From an uncultured Eubacteriales bacterium (GTDB lineage: Bacteria > Bacillota > Clostridia > Christensenellales > CAG-138), in NCBI GenBank assembly GCA_902787375.1, contig CADAGD010000020.1, positions 1 through 62,820 on the forward strand: 62,820 nt of DNA, written 5' to 3'. Position 1 is the first letter of the stretch. Each line of letters begins with the position of its first letter. A program made the translations under genes and the position numbers. The notes under the pieces were generated by a model. It saw nothing but the letters and a program-made list of their open reading frames with translations. It was not told where the DNA came from and ran no database searches. Below are positions 21,543 through 31,112 of the stretch, piece by piece.

Positions 21543-22745
21543 ATGAAACGGATAGCTGTACTGCTGTTTGCGCTCACAATGCTCCTCACATCATGCGTTC
21601 CCTCACAATCCGTTCACGGCGACGAAACCGCCGCGACTTGTACGGAATCCCCAACGGACGCTCCCTCCGAGCTTCCGACCTCTGAGCCTTCCGAGCTTCC
21701 CTCCGCCGAGCCTTCCTTCGAGGTGAATGAATTTCCCGATTTTTCGGATCTCATCCCCAAGACCGGCAGGCTCGTGGACGGGCCCATATTCCCCGAACCC
21801 TACAAATACCTCGTCCTGTCCGGGGAAAGCGACATGCACTATGTCTATAACAATATGGGCGAGCTGCTGTATTCCTTTTCGGCGTTCGTTGACGAGGAAG
21901 GCGACCCTCCATGCAGCGGTCTTTTCACCGCCGACGGCATAAGCTGCTGGCACCGTCTGAAGGACAATACCGTTACCACTCCGTTCCGCGTTTTCCACGA
22001 TCTGGCTGTCACGGTCAAATGGTTCGAGGATGAGGACGGCTTCGACTCCCATGCGTGCATAACCCTCATACGCGATATGAATCTCGAAAACCCGCGTGAG
22101 TTTGCCAAGGATGAATTGAATCTCGGAAACATAGGCGGTTTGATGAAGTTCGGGGATAAATACCTTCTTGTCAAGAGGGATGATCTGTCAATATATTCGG
22201 ACGACGGTAAATGTGACGACACAATAACCGTTCTTGACAGCAATTTCAACAAAATCGGCAGCTTGGACTCCGAGTTGTTCCCCCAAATAGCAGGTGTTTG
22301 CGGCGATAAATACATAGTTTGCTACAAGTCCGTGGGAGAAAACTATTGGACTGATACCACTTACAGCATCTACTCGCTTACCGGAGAGCTTCTGATGGAC
22401 GACGTAACGGTTCTTTGCAACGATTCATTCTACCTTAACAGCGAGCTCGGTTCTGTGTTCGGATTCTTTGAAATAAAAGCCCTTACCGATAAGGACGGAA
22501 ATCACTTTGATGAAAATCTCAAGCGCATTGAAGGGCATTTCGACAATCGCGTATACTATGTTCCCGACCGCTTTTTCGGAACATACGAAGCCGACGGCTT
22601 CACCGTTTACGACCGTTATACCTACAAATACTCCGACGTCTACTCAGGTATAAAGGACAAGGACGGAAACTGGGTATTCCGCATATACTCTCCCGCCTTC
22701 GCTTCCGACAGCGACAACACCCGCTGGGGATTCTTTGACGATTAG
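21543..22745 (+). CDS. Hypothetical beta-rich lipoprotein
   Basis: Lipobox LTSC, PSE linker, AAGGAG RBS; 13 bp downstream of the PstS-like gene. Confidence 0.75.
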   Translation: MKRIAVLLFALTMLLTSCVPSQSVHGDETAATCTESPTDAPSELPTSEPSELPSAEPSFEVNEFPDFSDLIPKTGRLVDGPIFPEPYKYLVLSGESDMHYVYNNMGELLYSFSAFVDEEGDPPCSGLFTADGISCWHRLKDNTVTTPFRVFHDLAVTVKWFEDEDGFDSHACITLIRDMNLENPREFAKDELNLGNIGGLMKFGDKYLLVKRDDLSIYSDDGKCDDTITVLDSNFNKIGSLDSELFPQIAGVCGDKYIVCYKSVGENYWTDTTYSIYSLTGELLMDDVTVLCNDSFYLNSELGSVFGFFEIKALTDKDGNHFDENLKRIEGHFDNRVYYVPDRFFGTYEADGFTVYDRYTYKYSDVYSGIKDKDGNWVFRIYSPAFASDSDNTRWGFFDD

Positions 22746-22910
22746 AGCGTTGAAGTTTTTGACATTAATTTACAATCGCTTTTTTCAAAAAATGAATTAA
22801 AAGCGAGCCATGACGCAAAATATCAATAAGCCGCGCTTAAAGTCCCGCTTTACCGTATTCCGGCAGGGCTTACGGCGCGGTTTATTATTAAGTATGAAAG
22901 GGTGATATTA

Positions 22911-23099
22911 ATGAGAAAAACGCTTCCTTACATCATGGCTCTGCTGCTCATCGCCGCAATGATCCTGAGCCTTGGATTTGCCGCAGGAGCCGACATCAAA
23001 AGCGACACGGCGTTTGAAGGCGCATCGTTCGTATTCGCGCCCGTTCGCCATCCGAGCGATGTCGGGATGTATGCCCGCACCTCGGTGATAAATCCATGA
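22911..23099 (+). CDS. Small signal-peptide-bearing hypothetical protein
   Basis: GAAAGGG RBS; MRK plus a hydrophobic stretch plus AGA. Confidence 0.4.
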   Translation: MRKTLPYIMALLLIAAMILSLGFAAGADIKSDTAFEGASFVFAPVRHPSDVGMYARTSVINP

Positions 23100-23362
23100 A
23101 AACGGAAAAGGACGTATATATACTGCCTGATCTGGGCGGTATAATCGGCGGGCTTCCCCATCCTGCCGAAAAGGAAATACGGCGCAAGGAGCTGCCCGGA
23201 GCGGAAGAAAGCCACGAGCCCGTTGAGGCGCACTTGGATGTCTGACGCTATGAGCAACAATACCGTCGATTTTAAGCCATAACCGGCGTTCCGTAAAACA
23301 TCGGAGCGCTTTTTTATTCTTCTTTTAATGCGCATATGTAAAAAAAACCATCAAGCTCCTTA

Positions 23363-23391
23363 TTGCATTGTGTTGACTTTTCATGTATAAT
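23363..23391 (+). promoter_or_regulatory. sigma-A promoter of the capD-like gene
   Basis: TTGCAT-N17-TATAAT. Confidence 0.65.
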
Positions 23392-23444
23392 GCACACGTT
23401 AAATCAATTCCAATAAGGAAACAGCATTTAAGGAGATGTATTAA

Positions 23445-25391
23445 ATGGACAGCAACACAGGGGTTGCAAGGGTATCGCGCGTATTATCACTCATACTGCT
23501 CGACATAGTATGCTGTATAGCCGCTTTTGCGCTTGCGACATGGTTCCTTCATATGGCGGTAGAGGGCGGATACGGCCTTCTTTTTAAAGCCTCTTCGGTT
23601 CCGAACGGGCCTCTTGAGGCATACTTTACCAACATTCAGGCGGGTGTATTCGTAGCCTTGTTCATTCTGTCGTTTGCCTGCTTCCGCCTTTACAGCAGCA
23701 TTTGGAGCGTATCGGGACTCAACGAGGGCATCATGGCGATCGCCGGCGTGGGCGTCGGAACCTGCCTGTGTCTCATAGTCAATTATTTGCTGTCACTCTT
23801 CCCTGAAACGTACCAGCTCGGCTTCCGGAATTCCGAGAGGACGGGCATACTGCTTGCCGGCATATTCATCTGCATGATGGTATTTGTCACGAGGTTCGGC
23901 TACAGGGGCGTCCGCAGAATACTGAACAGCATCGGGCGCAATAAGAACAAGGACAAGAAGGCTACCCTCATAATCGGCGCGGGCTATTTCGGCGCGTATG
24001 TTCAATCTCAGATCAACAACGGTCAGAGCGCGACCGACTGTTACCTTGTCGGATTTGTTGACGACAACAAATCCAAGCTCGGCATGAGGATAGGCGGCGT
24101 AAAGGTGCTTGGAACCTCCAAGGACATACCCGCAATAGTCAAGCAGAGGCATGTCGAGGAGATAATAATAGCCATACCGTCGCTCTCATCAAAGGACAGG
24201 GCGGAGCTTGTAACAACATGCCGCGATACAAAATGCCATGTGCGCATTGTATCCCCGCTCAACGAGCTTTCCGAAAAGCCCTCCATGAAGGATCTGAACG
24301 AGATAAACATTTCGGATATGCTTTTCAGACCGGAGGTAAATCTTGACGTCAGGAGCATTGAAGGCATCATAGAGCATAAATGCCTGCTCGTCACGGGCGG
24401 CGGCGGCTCCATAGGCTCCGAGATATGCCGTCAGGCGGCGGTGTTCTACCCTGCGACTATTGTCATATTCGACATATACGAGAACAACGCATATGAGCTT
24501 TACTGTGAACTTAAACAGAAGCGTCCGTGGCTCAATGTGGTTATCAGAATAGGCTCCGTAAGGGATAAGGACAGGGTCGATGCCGTAATGGAGGAGTTCC
24601 ATCCCGATATAGTCGTTCATACGGCAGCGCACAAGCATGTTCCGCTCATGGAGGACAGTCCCGCAGAAGCGGTCAAGAACAACGTCATAGGCACGATCAA
24701 TGTGCTTGAGTCCGCTGACAGTCACGGAGTAAAGCGTTTTGTGATGTTGTCAACGGATAAAGCGGTCAACCCCACGAACGTAATGGGCGCGACCAAGCGC
24801 ATAACCGAGCTTATAGTTCAGCAGTACGCGAGAAAGAGCATAATGCGCTGTATGACGGTTAGATTCGGCAACGTGCTCGGCTCTCACGGAAGTGTAATAC
24901 CCCTCTTTGAGAGGCAGATTAAGCAGGGCGGGCCCGTGCTTGTCACGGACAAGAACATCACAAGGTACTTCATGACGATACCGGAGGCCTCCCAGCTTGT
25001 GCTTCAGGCGGGCGCACTCGGTGAATCGGGAGCCATATATGTGCTTGACATGGGCGAACCCGTAAAGATTTATGAGCTTGCCGAGAAGGTGATACGCTTC
25101 CACGGCTATGAGCCCAATGTGGACATGCCCATTGAGATAATAGGTCTGCGTCCCGGTGAAAAGATGTACGAGGAGCTTCTGACCGACGACGAGCAGAACG
25201 CCATGGAAAAGACGGCGCACGGACGCATATTCAAGGCACTTCCCGAACCCGTTGACGCCGAGGCTTTCGACGACAAGCTTGCCGAGCTTTGCGAGCTTGC
25301 GAGGATGAACAGCAGCGCGGTTATCGACTGCATATCCGAGATCGTCCCGAACTTCGACCATAAGGAAAACCGCGTAAGCATGACAGCGTAA
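23445..25391 (+). CDS. CapD/PglF-like nucleoside-diphosphate sugar 4,6-dehydratase
   Basis: 4 TM helices, IIGAG, VTGGGGSIGSE, HTAAHKHVP, STDKAVNPTNVMGATKR, RFGNVLGS. Confidence 0.93.
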   Translation: MDSNTGVARVSRVLSLILLDIVCCIAAFALATWFLHMAVEGGYGLLFKASSVPNGPLEAYFTNIQAGVFVALFILSFACFRLYSSIWSVSGLNEGIMAIAGVGVGTCLCLIVNYLLSLFPETYQLGFRNSERTGILLAGIFICMMVFVTRFGYRGVRRILNSIGRNKNKDKKATLIIGAGYFGAYVQSQINNGQSATDCYLVGFVDDNKSKLGMRIGGVKVLGTSKDIPAIVKQRHVEEIIIAIPSLSSKDRAELVTTCRDTKCHVRIVSPLNELSEKPSMKDLNEINISDMLFRPEVNLDVRSIEGIIEHKCLLVTGGGGSIGSEICRQAAVFYPATIVIFDIYENNAYELYCELKQKRPWLNVVIRIGSVRDKDRVDAVMEEFHPDIVVHTAAHKHVPLMEDSPAEAVKNNVIGTINVLESADSHGVKRFVMLSTDKAVNPTNVMGATKRITELIVQQYARKSIMRCMTVRFGNVLGSHGSVIPLFERQIKQGGPVLVTDKNITRYFMTIPEASQLVLQAGALGESGAIYVLDMGEPVKIYELAEKVIRFHGYEPNVDMPIEIIGLRPGEKMYEELLTDDEQNAMEKTAHGRIFKALPEPVDAEAFDDKLAELCELARMNSSAVIDCISEIVPNFDHKENRVSMTA

Positions 25392-25412
25392 AGCCTTTCG
25401 GACTTGAAACAA

Positions 25413-26345
25413 ATGAATTGTTTTCTTAAAAAAGCAAAAGGAACAGCTACTCGCGATCATAAGTCCCTTGATTCCAAGGGACGAGGTAAAGCGGTACTGT
25501 TCCTTTTCGCTGCGTTCTTTATCGCTTTCGCGCTGCTCGACGCCCACAGGTGCGGAAGCGACTTTATCGTAAAGAAGTACGCCATCGAAACCCCAAAGGC
25601 GTCTGCGCCCATAAGGATAGCTATGCTCTCCGACCTGCATGAGAGCGAATTCGGCGTCGGGAACGAGAGGCTTATTGAGGCGGTAAACGAAGCCAAGCCC
25701 GATATAATACTCTGTCCGGGAGATATAATAACCCGCACGGTATCCGACGACGAGCTGCATATAGGACTTGATCTGATGCGCGCTCTGGTTCAATACGCGC
25801 CCGTCTATATGTCCCTCGGCAACCATGAAAGGGACTATATAAGGGAACACGGCTCGGCGATACTCGACTCCTACGAAAGCACGGGAGTGCATATACTTGA
25901 CTGTGCTTATGAAAACATCCATGTATCCGATCAAGCCCTGCGCATAGGCGGCATAAGCGAAAACTGCTTCAGCTCATCCGATTCGGACAAAACCACCCTG
26001 ACGGAACGGAAGGCCTTCCTGTCCGAATTGAGCGGCACGGATGCCTTAACCATACTTTTATGTCACAGACCCACGGACTTTGTTTCCCAAAACGCCGAGG
26101 ACTATTCCGATTTGAATATCGACCTTGTTCTTTCGGGACATACCCACGGCGGGCTTTGGCAGATACCCTTCATCGGCGCGGTTTTTCTTCCGCAGGAGGG
26201 CTTTTTTCCAAGCTATGCCAAGGGACTTAAAAGCGTCGGAGGCTCCCGTATGATAATAGGCGCGGGGCTTGGAAGCGAACGCCTGCTTTTCAGAATAAAC
26301 AATCCCTGTGAGCTTGTGCTGATCGACATAGTGCCATGCGGTTGA
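25413..26345 (+). CDS. Calcineurin-like metallophosphoesterase (YkuE-like)
   Basis: SDLH, GD, GNHE, LLCHRP and SGHTHGG motifs; start codon uncertain. Confidence 0.9.
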   Translation: MNCFLKKAKGTATRDHKSLDSKGRGKAVLFLFAAFFIAFALLDAHRCGSDFIVKKYAIETPKASAPIRIAMLSDLHESEFGVGNERLIEAVNEAKPDIILCPGDIITRTVSDDELHIGLDLMRALVQYAPVYMSLGNHERDYIREHGSAILDSYESTGVHILDCAYENIHVSDQALRIGGISENCFSSSDSDKTTLTERKAFLSELSGTDALTILLCHRPTDFVSQNAEDYSDLNIDLVLSGHTHGGLWQIPFIGAVFLPQEGFFPSYAKGLKSVGGSRMIIGAGLGSERLLFRINNPCELVLIDIVPCG

Positions 26346-26362
26346 TTCCCGATGTATTGAAA

Positions 26363-27415
26363 ATGAGTATTCGGCTTCATTTAAAGCGCGTTTGTATTTG
26401 CGTTTGCGTCGTTGCAATCATAATGCTTGCGGCTCTGAGCGGCTGTAAGCGTCTTCCTTCAAAAAGGACTTACGTCATATATGACTGCTTCGACACGGTC
26501 ATAATACTGACCGCGTATACCGATGATGAAAGAACCTTCAACGAAGCCTGCGAGCAGGTGCATGAAGGCTTTTTATACTACCATCGCCTGTTTGACATAT
26601 ACAATGAGTACGAGGGCATGAGCAACTTGGCTCTGCTCAACCGTAACGCAGGAGAGTTTGTTGATGTGGAACCGCCTGTCGCGGAGCTTTTAAAGCTCGG
26701 AAAGGAATACGCAAAGCTCACCGACGGCAGCGTGAATATAGCTATGGGAGCGGTATTGAAGCTGTGGCATGAATGCCGTGCCGAAGCCGAAAGCGGCGGT
26801 GATGCGCGTCTGCCTGACATGGAATCGTTAAGGGAGGCGTCGCTGCATTGCGATATTGACGATATAATGATTGAAGGCGAAGCCGTAAAGCTTGCCGACC
26901 CCAAAATGAGCGTTGACGTGGGAGCCATTGCCAAGGGCTTTGCCGTTGATAAGCTCGCGGACAGATTGAACGAATACGGATTCGCCTGGATGCTGAACTG
27001 CGGCGGAGCCGTTTATGCCGACGGAGCAAAGCCCGACGGCAGCGCATGGAGTGTGGGTATCGAAGACCCAAACGGCGACGGCGGCTTTATTGAAAGGCTT
27101 ACGCTGTCTCAGGGTGCGCTCTCGACAAGCGGTGCTTACCTGCGAAAATACATTGTTAACGGCAGGGAATACGGGCATATAATAGACCCCGAAACCCTGC
27201 TGCCCGCCAACCTCGGCTCCGACGATGGCTCCTTGGCTTCGGTATCCGTGCTTTGCAGGGAAAAAAACAGCGCGGCTCTTGCCGACGCCGTTTCCACCGC
27301 GTGCTACATATTGGGAGCGGAGCGCGGCAAATCGCTCGTTCAAAGCATCAAACAGACGGAGGCATTGTTCGTATTAAGCGACGGAGCTCCGATAAAGACC
27401 GACGGCTTTCATTAA
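26363..27415 (+). CDS. apbE: FAD:protein FMN transferase lipoprotein
   Basis: Lipobox LSGC; DVGAIAKGF, LSTSGAY.R, HIIDP.T, ADAVSTA; start codon uncertain. Confidence 0.9.
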   Translation: MSIRLHLKRVCICVCVVAIIMLAALSGCKRLPSKRTYVIYDCFDTVIILTAYTDDERTFNEACEQVHEGFLYYHRLFDIYNEYEGMSNLALLNRNAGEFVDVEPPVAELLKLGKEYAKLTDGSVNIAMGAVLKLWHECRAEAESGGDARLPDMESLREASLHCDIDDIMIEGEAVKLADPKMSVDVGAIAKGFAVDKLADRLNEYGFAWMLNCGGAVYADGAKPDGSAWSVGIEDPNGDGGFIERLTLSQGALSTSGAYLRKYIVNGREYGHIIDPETLLPANLGSDDGSLASVSVLCREKNSAALADAVSTACYILGAERGKSLVQSIKQTEALFVLSDGAPIKTDGFH

Positions 27416-27521
27416 ACGTCGGCAACCGGCAAAAGTCCGCATTTTACAAGCTTTTACCGCCGTTTTTTCAGATTTTATAATATATTACTGTAGTTTTAGC
27501 CCTCATGTCTTATTTTCCCTG

Positions 27522-27550
27522 TTGCAAATTCAAGCCGGTTGTGTTATATT
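27522..27550 (+). promoter_or_regulatory. sigma-A promoter of the scaffoldin gene
   Basis: TTGCAA-N17-TATATT with an extended TG. Confidence 0.55.
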
Positions 27551-27645
27551 ATCATAGTAATTATGTACCCATGCCGGCTAAATACCGCTCAAGCGTCGTG
27601 CCGCATGGATATAAAGTTATTAATTCAGGAAGGAGTATTCCCCAA

Positions 27646-29448
27646 ATGAAGAAATTCTTCGCACTTATCATTGCTGTAGCAATGGTTCTCTCCCTTGTTG
27701 CGATCCCCGCGAGCGCATCGGAGGAGAGCGTAGTATTCACAGTAGGTTCTGTGAGTGACGTTAACCCCGGCGACGAGGTTGTAATCCCCATTTCCGTAAG
27801 CGGTCATTATGAAGCTCATACCGTTAAGATCAAGCTTTTCTTCGACCCCGAAAATGTGGAATATGTAGGCCTTGAGAAGAACACGGAGCTTAATCCCTAC
27901 TTCACCTATGAAGAGCTGTCCGCAAACGCCGATTTCCTCGGTATAGCCATCCTGGGTCTTACCGATCCCTTCTCCGTTGAGGGCGTTCTCTACAATGTAA
28001 CCTTGAAGGTTAAGGAGAGCTGCACAGAGGATCAGCCTGTTACTCTTGAGGTAGGCGACTTCTTCTATTCTCCCATCGGTCAGGGTCATACATCCATTCC
28101 CTTCTCCGTAAATCCCGATGGTATGATCAGCCTCCATGTTGATCCTACTCCTGAGCCCACTGCCGAGCCCACCGTTGAGCCCACCGAGGCTCCCGCTGAG
28201 CCTACCGAAGAGCCCACCGAGCCCACCGAAGAGCCTGCCGAGCCCACCGAAGAGCCCGCTGAGCCCACCGAAGAGCCTACTGAGCCCACCGAGGAGCCCG
28301 CTGAGCCCACCGAAGAACCCGTTGAGCCCACCGAGGAACCCGCTCCCCATGCCGTATTCACAATGGAGAGTGCTGAGAATGTTCTTCCCGGCAGCGAGAT
28401 AACCCTTGCCTTCTCGATCGAGGGCGAGTATGAGGCTTCCACCCTCTATGCACAGCTTAATTACGACGCATCCGTTCTCCAGGTCGTCGGTTTCACACAG
28501 GGCGATGTTCTTGACGCTCATGAGAATGCCATCATAGTTACCGATTATGAGACCATCCCCGGTTCCGTCCGTCTCGGCGTTATTATGCCCACCGGCACGA
28601 TGACAGAGAACGGCACACTCCTGAATGTAACATTCAAGGTATCCGAGGACTTCACAGAGCCCACCGATATAGTCATCAATATCAACGAGTTCAACTACGT
28701 TCCCGAAACAACCGAAATTCCCGTTGAGTTCGAAACCGTTGACGGTGTTGTATCCCCCTTCGTAAACGGCCCCGCCACAATAACCATGGGCAGCGCCTAT
28801 GAAGTACCCGGCGGCTCCGAGATTACCCTCCCCCTGACCGTCGAAGGCAACTACATGATCCATACACTCAACATCTTCGTTGATTACGACGTTGATGTTC
28901 TCACAATCGAGAATGTTGAGCTTGGCTCTCTGATCGCCCCCTCAAGGGACGGAAGCGATCCCGTTGTTGTTCTTGATTACGAAACCGTTCCCGGTTCCAT
29001 CCGTCTTGGCGTTATAATGCCCGATGAGGCTCTCACAGGCGAAGGCGAGCTTCTGAATGTTACATTCAAGGTAGCTGACGAGTTCAACGCTCCCACAGAC
29101 CTGCCTGTTACCGTAAACGAGTTCGGCTATATGCCCGTTGGTGCTATCAACCAGGAGCCCATTGACGTTGTTGTTGTCGATGGTATCGTAACTCCCGTTG
29201 AGGTTGTCGAGCCCACTGAGCCCGTTGTCGAGCCCACTGAGCCCGTTGTCGAGCCCACCGAGCCCGTTGTCGAGCCCACCGAGCCCGTTGTCGAGCCCAC
29301 TGAGCCTGTTGTCGAGCCCACCGTTGCTCCCACAAACGCTCCTACACCCAAGCCCCCTGTAACAGGTGCTATCAGCCTTGTAGGTCTTGGTATTGCGGCA
29401 ATAGCTGCCGGTGCCGGCATCGTTATCTTCCGCAAGAAAGAGGACTAA
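27646..29448 (+). CDS. Cell-wall-anchored mini-scaffoldin with three cohesin-like domains
   Basis: Signal peptide and three homologous ~140-aa modules (V.PG.E.....S.EG.Y..., YD..VL.V, G.LLNVTFKV). E/P/T linkers; PPVTG plus TM plus RKKED sorting signal; AAGGAG RBS. Confidence 0.8.
   Translation: MKKFFALIIAVAMVLSLVAIPASASEESVVFTVGSVSDVNPGDEVVIPISVSGHYEAHTVKIKLFFDPENVEYVGLEKNTELNPYFTYEELSANADFLGIAILGLTDPFSVEGVLYNVTLKVKESCTEDQPVTLEVGDFFYSPIGQGHTSIPFSVNPDGMISLHVDPTPEPTAEPTVEPTEAPAEPTEEPTEPTEEPAEPTEEPAEPTEEPTEPTEEPAEPTEEPVEPTEEPAPHAVFTMESAENVLPGSEITLAFSIEGEYEASTLYAQLNYDASVLQVVGFTQGDVLDAHENAIIVTDYETIPGSVRLGVIMPTGTMTENGTLLNVTFKVSEDFTEPTDIVININEFNYVPETTEIPVEFETVDGVVSPFVNGPATITMGSAYEVPGGSEITLPLTVEGNYMIHTLNIFVDYDVDVLTIENVELGSLIAPSRDGSDPVVVLDYETVPGSIRLGVIMPDEALTGEGELLNVTFKVADEFNAPTDLPVTVNEFGYMPVGAINQEPIDVVVVDGIVTPVEVVEPTEPVVEPTEPVVEPTEPVVEPTEPVVEPTEPVVEPTVAPTNAPTPKPPVTGAISLVGLGIAAIAAGAGIVIFRKKED
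28145..28345 (+). repeat. 21-bp coding tandem repeat (EEP[T/A/V]EPT) linker
   Basis: Repeated GAGCCCACCGA(A/G)GAGCC units. Confidence 0.85.
29203..29322 (+). repeat. 21-bp coding tandem repeat (VVEPTEP)
   Basis: GTTGTCGAGCCCAC(T/C)GAGCC(C/T) x5 plus a partial unit. Confidence 0.9.
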
Positions 29449-29476
29449 TAAAAGCTAAAACCGAATAGGTAAAATG

Positions 29477-29507
29477 AACCTGCCGGCAAGTGATTGCCGG
29501 CAGGTTT
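29477..29507 (+). terminator. Intrinsic terminator after the scaffoldin
   Basis: Perfect stem AACCTGCCGGCAA-GTGA-TTGCCGGCAGGTT. Confidence 0.75.
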
Positions 29508-29639
29508 GATATTAGCGATTTTCAGAAAATCACGCTGCGTTTGGTTTGGATACTCCCCTTACACTTTTTACTAAGATCGGCGAAGCCGAGATGTCAAAAA
29601 AGACGCCGTTGGAATTAACGTTTTAAACGTACCTTAGTA

Positions 29640-30227
29640 TTACCTCAGAGATACAGCGTAAAGCCCGTGACGGTTGCAGTAGAACAAAATCCTTCGCACC
29701 ATTCTCAGCTTGAAGCGTGCCTCGGCGCTTCCTTCAGGATACAGCTTTACAAGCTCGAATCCGTCATCCTTGACTGCGGCTATAAAGGATATGTAGTGCT
29801 TTTTGAGCATATCATGTGAAACCGTCACATAATACTCGTCCTCGACCTTCTCAATGCTTACCCGATGCCCGTCATCCGCAGGCTCGGCTTCAAGCGTGGG
29901 CAGCACTATACCACAGCAGCTTATCACCGCTTCGCCAATGCTCTGAATGACATTTCCACATATGGGACAGACATGGAGCTTCATCCGCCGCATATTAGCC
30001 ATCCTGTTCCTGTTGACCACATCCTCACCCGAAAACAGCTCTATGACCGAAACTCCCAAGGCGGCTGACAACGGCTCAATAAGCGATATGTCGGGATACC
30101 CCCTCGCCGTTTCCCACTTGGATATGGTCTTGTCGCTGACATTCAGCTTAGCCGCAAGCTGCTGCTGTGTCAGTCCCCTCGCCTCGCGCAGACGTTTGAT
30201 CATCGTTCCCGTAACATATTGATTCAT
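29640..30227 (-). CDS. XRE HTH regulator fused to a desulfoferrodoxin-like metal-binding domain
   Basis: HTH (TQQQLAAKLNVSDKTISKWET), CPICGN, CCG, H.M.K.HYI and YCNRHGL. Confidence 0.88.
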   Translation of the reverse strand: MNQYVTGTMIKRLREARGLTQQQLAAKLNVSDKTISKWETARGYPDISLIEPLSAALGVSVIELFSGEDVVNRNRMANMRRMKLHVCPICGNVIQSIGEAVISCCGIVLPTLEAEPADDGHRVSIEKVEDEYYVTVSHDMLKKHYISFIAAVKDDGFELVKLYPEGSAEARFKLRMVRRILFYCNRHGLYAVSLR

Positions 30228-30250
30228 ACTTTCCTCCTCCTTATGCCGCA

Positions 30251-30293
30251 ATGATACAGCACCACATCAGCACCGTCAACCTGCGCAGCGTAG
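30251..30293 (-). promoter_or_regulatory. sigma-A promoter with an adjacent imperfect palindrome (possible autoregulatory operator)
   Basis: TTGACG-N17-TATCAT; CTACG-CTG-CGCAG immediately upstream of the -35. Confidence 0.5.
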
Positions 30294-30302
30294 AGTATGA
30301 AT

Positions 30303-30516
30303 CAGTTGAGCATGGAATATGACATAAAGAAAACTCCCTCCGTCCTCTGCCACATATTAAGAGAGCTTGTACCAAGACCCGCGTCAATTATAAAACGCTC
30401 CGTCTTCTCTCTTGAAAACGGAGGTTCAATGTATCGCATTCATCGTCCGACATGAGCGTGTACATACCGTCCAAATCGCTCAATGCCGTTTTTCCAATCG
30501 CAATATCAATATCCAT
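30303..30516 (-). pseudogene. Frameshifted, truncated RimJ-type GNAT remnant
   Basis: MDIDIAIGKTALSDLDGMYTLMSDDE, then after a frameshift MRYIEPPFSREKTERFIIDAGL. Confidence 0.6.
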
Positions 30517-30528
30517 ATTTTAACTGAG

Positions 30529-31020
30529 TCACGAAAGTGCTTTAAGCATTCGGGGAATAAAGCCCTGTATCCTCTTTGTCAAAAGCTCATCACCGTTCAT
30601 GCCGATCAGAGCGTCCCTGCTTATCCACCTGTAATCGACGGTTTCGCCCTCTTGCAATGTGATATTATCCTTATCCCAATCCGTCACGCACAGAAATTCT
30701 ACATATATGGTGCTTGCGGTAACGACCCTTCCGACCTCCTTCAACTCAGGAGCGACTATGCCCGTTTCCTCTGCAAGCTCTCGCTTGGCACATTCGAGCG
30801 GTTCCTCACCGACAAGTGCCGAACCGCCTGCGGTTGCCTCCCACAGGCCTCCGTGCCGCTTTCGCGGATCCCTTTTCATCAGAAGGAATGTTCCGTCCAT
30901 GTGCTTGACAAGTATTTCACAAACCATATGGCGAAATCCCTTGGGTATCGGCTCGCCCCTGACAAGCGTCATACCCTCCACTCTTTCGCATTTCTCATTA
31001 TACGCATCCCACAATTCCAT
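30529..31020 (-). CDS. NUDIX hydrolase
   Basis: MELWDAY; Nudix box GGSALVGEEPLECAKRELAEETG. Confidence 0.9.
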   Translation of the reverse strand: MELWDAYNEKCERVEGMTLVRGEPIPKGFRHMVCEILVKHMDGTFLLMKRDPRKRHGGLWEATAGGSALVGEEPLECAKRELAEETGIVAPELKEVGRVVTASTIYVEFLCVTDWDKDNITLQEGETVDYRWISRDALIGMNGDELLTKRIQGFIPRMLKALS

Positions 31021-31112
31021 TTCCAATCCCTTCCGCATAGCTGCGCTTATACATTCAATGCGGGATAGCCGCTTCGGAACAAAGCCAAGCCTCCCCATGT
31101 CCGACGCCCTTC

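Noticed and set aside
29352-29375. PPVTGAIS in the scaffoldin as an ApbE flavinylation site
   Set aside because: The motif needs [S/T]GA[S/T]; here the acceptor position is Ile, and the context (TM plus basic tail) fits a sortase signal.
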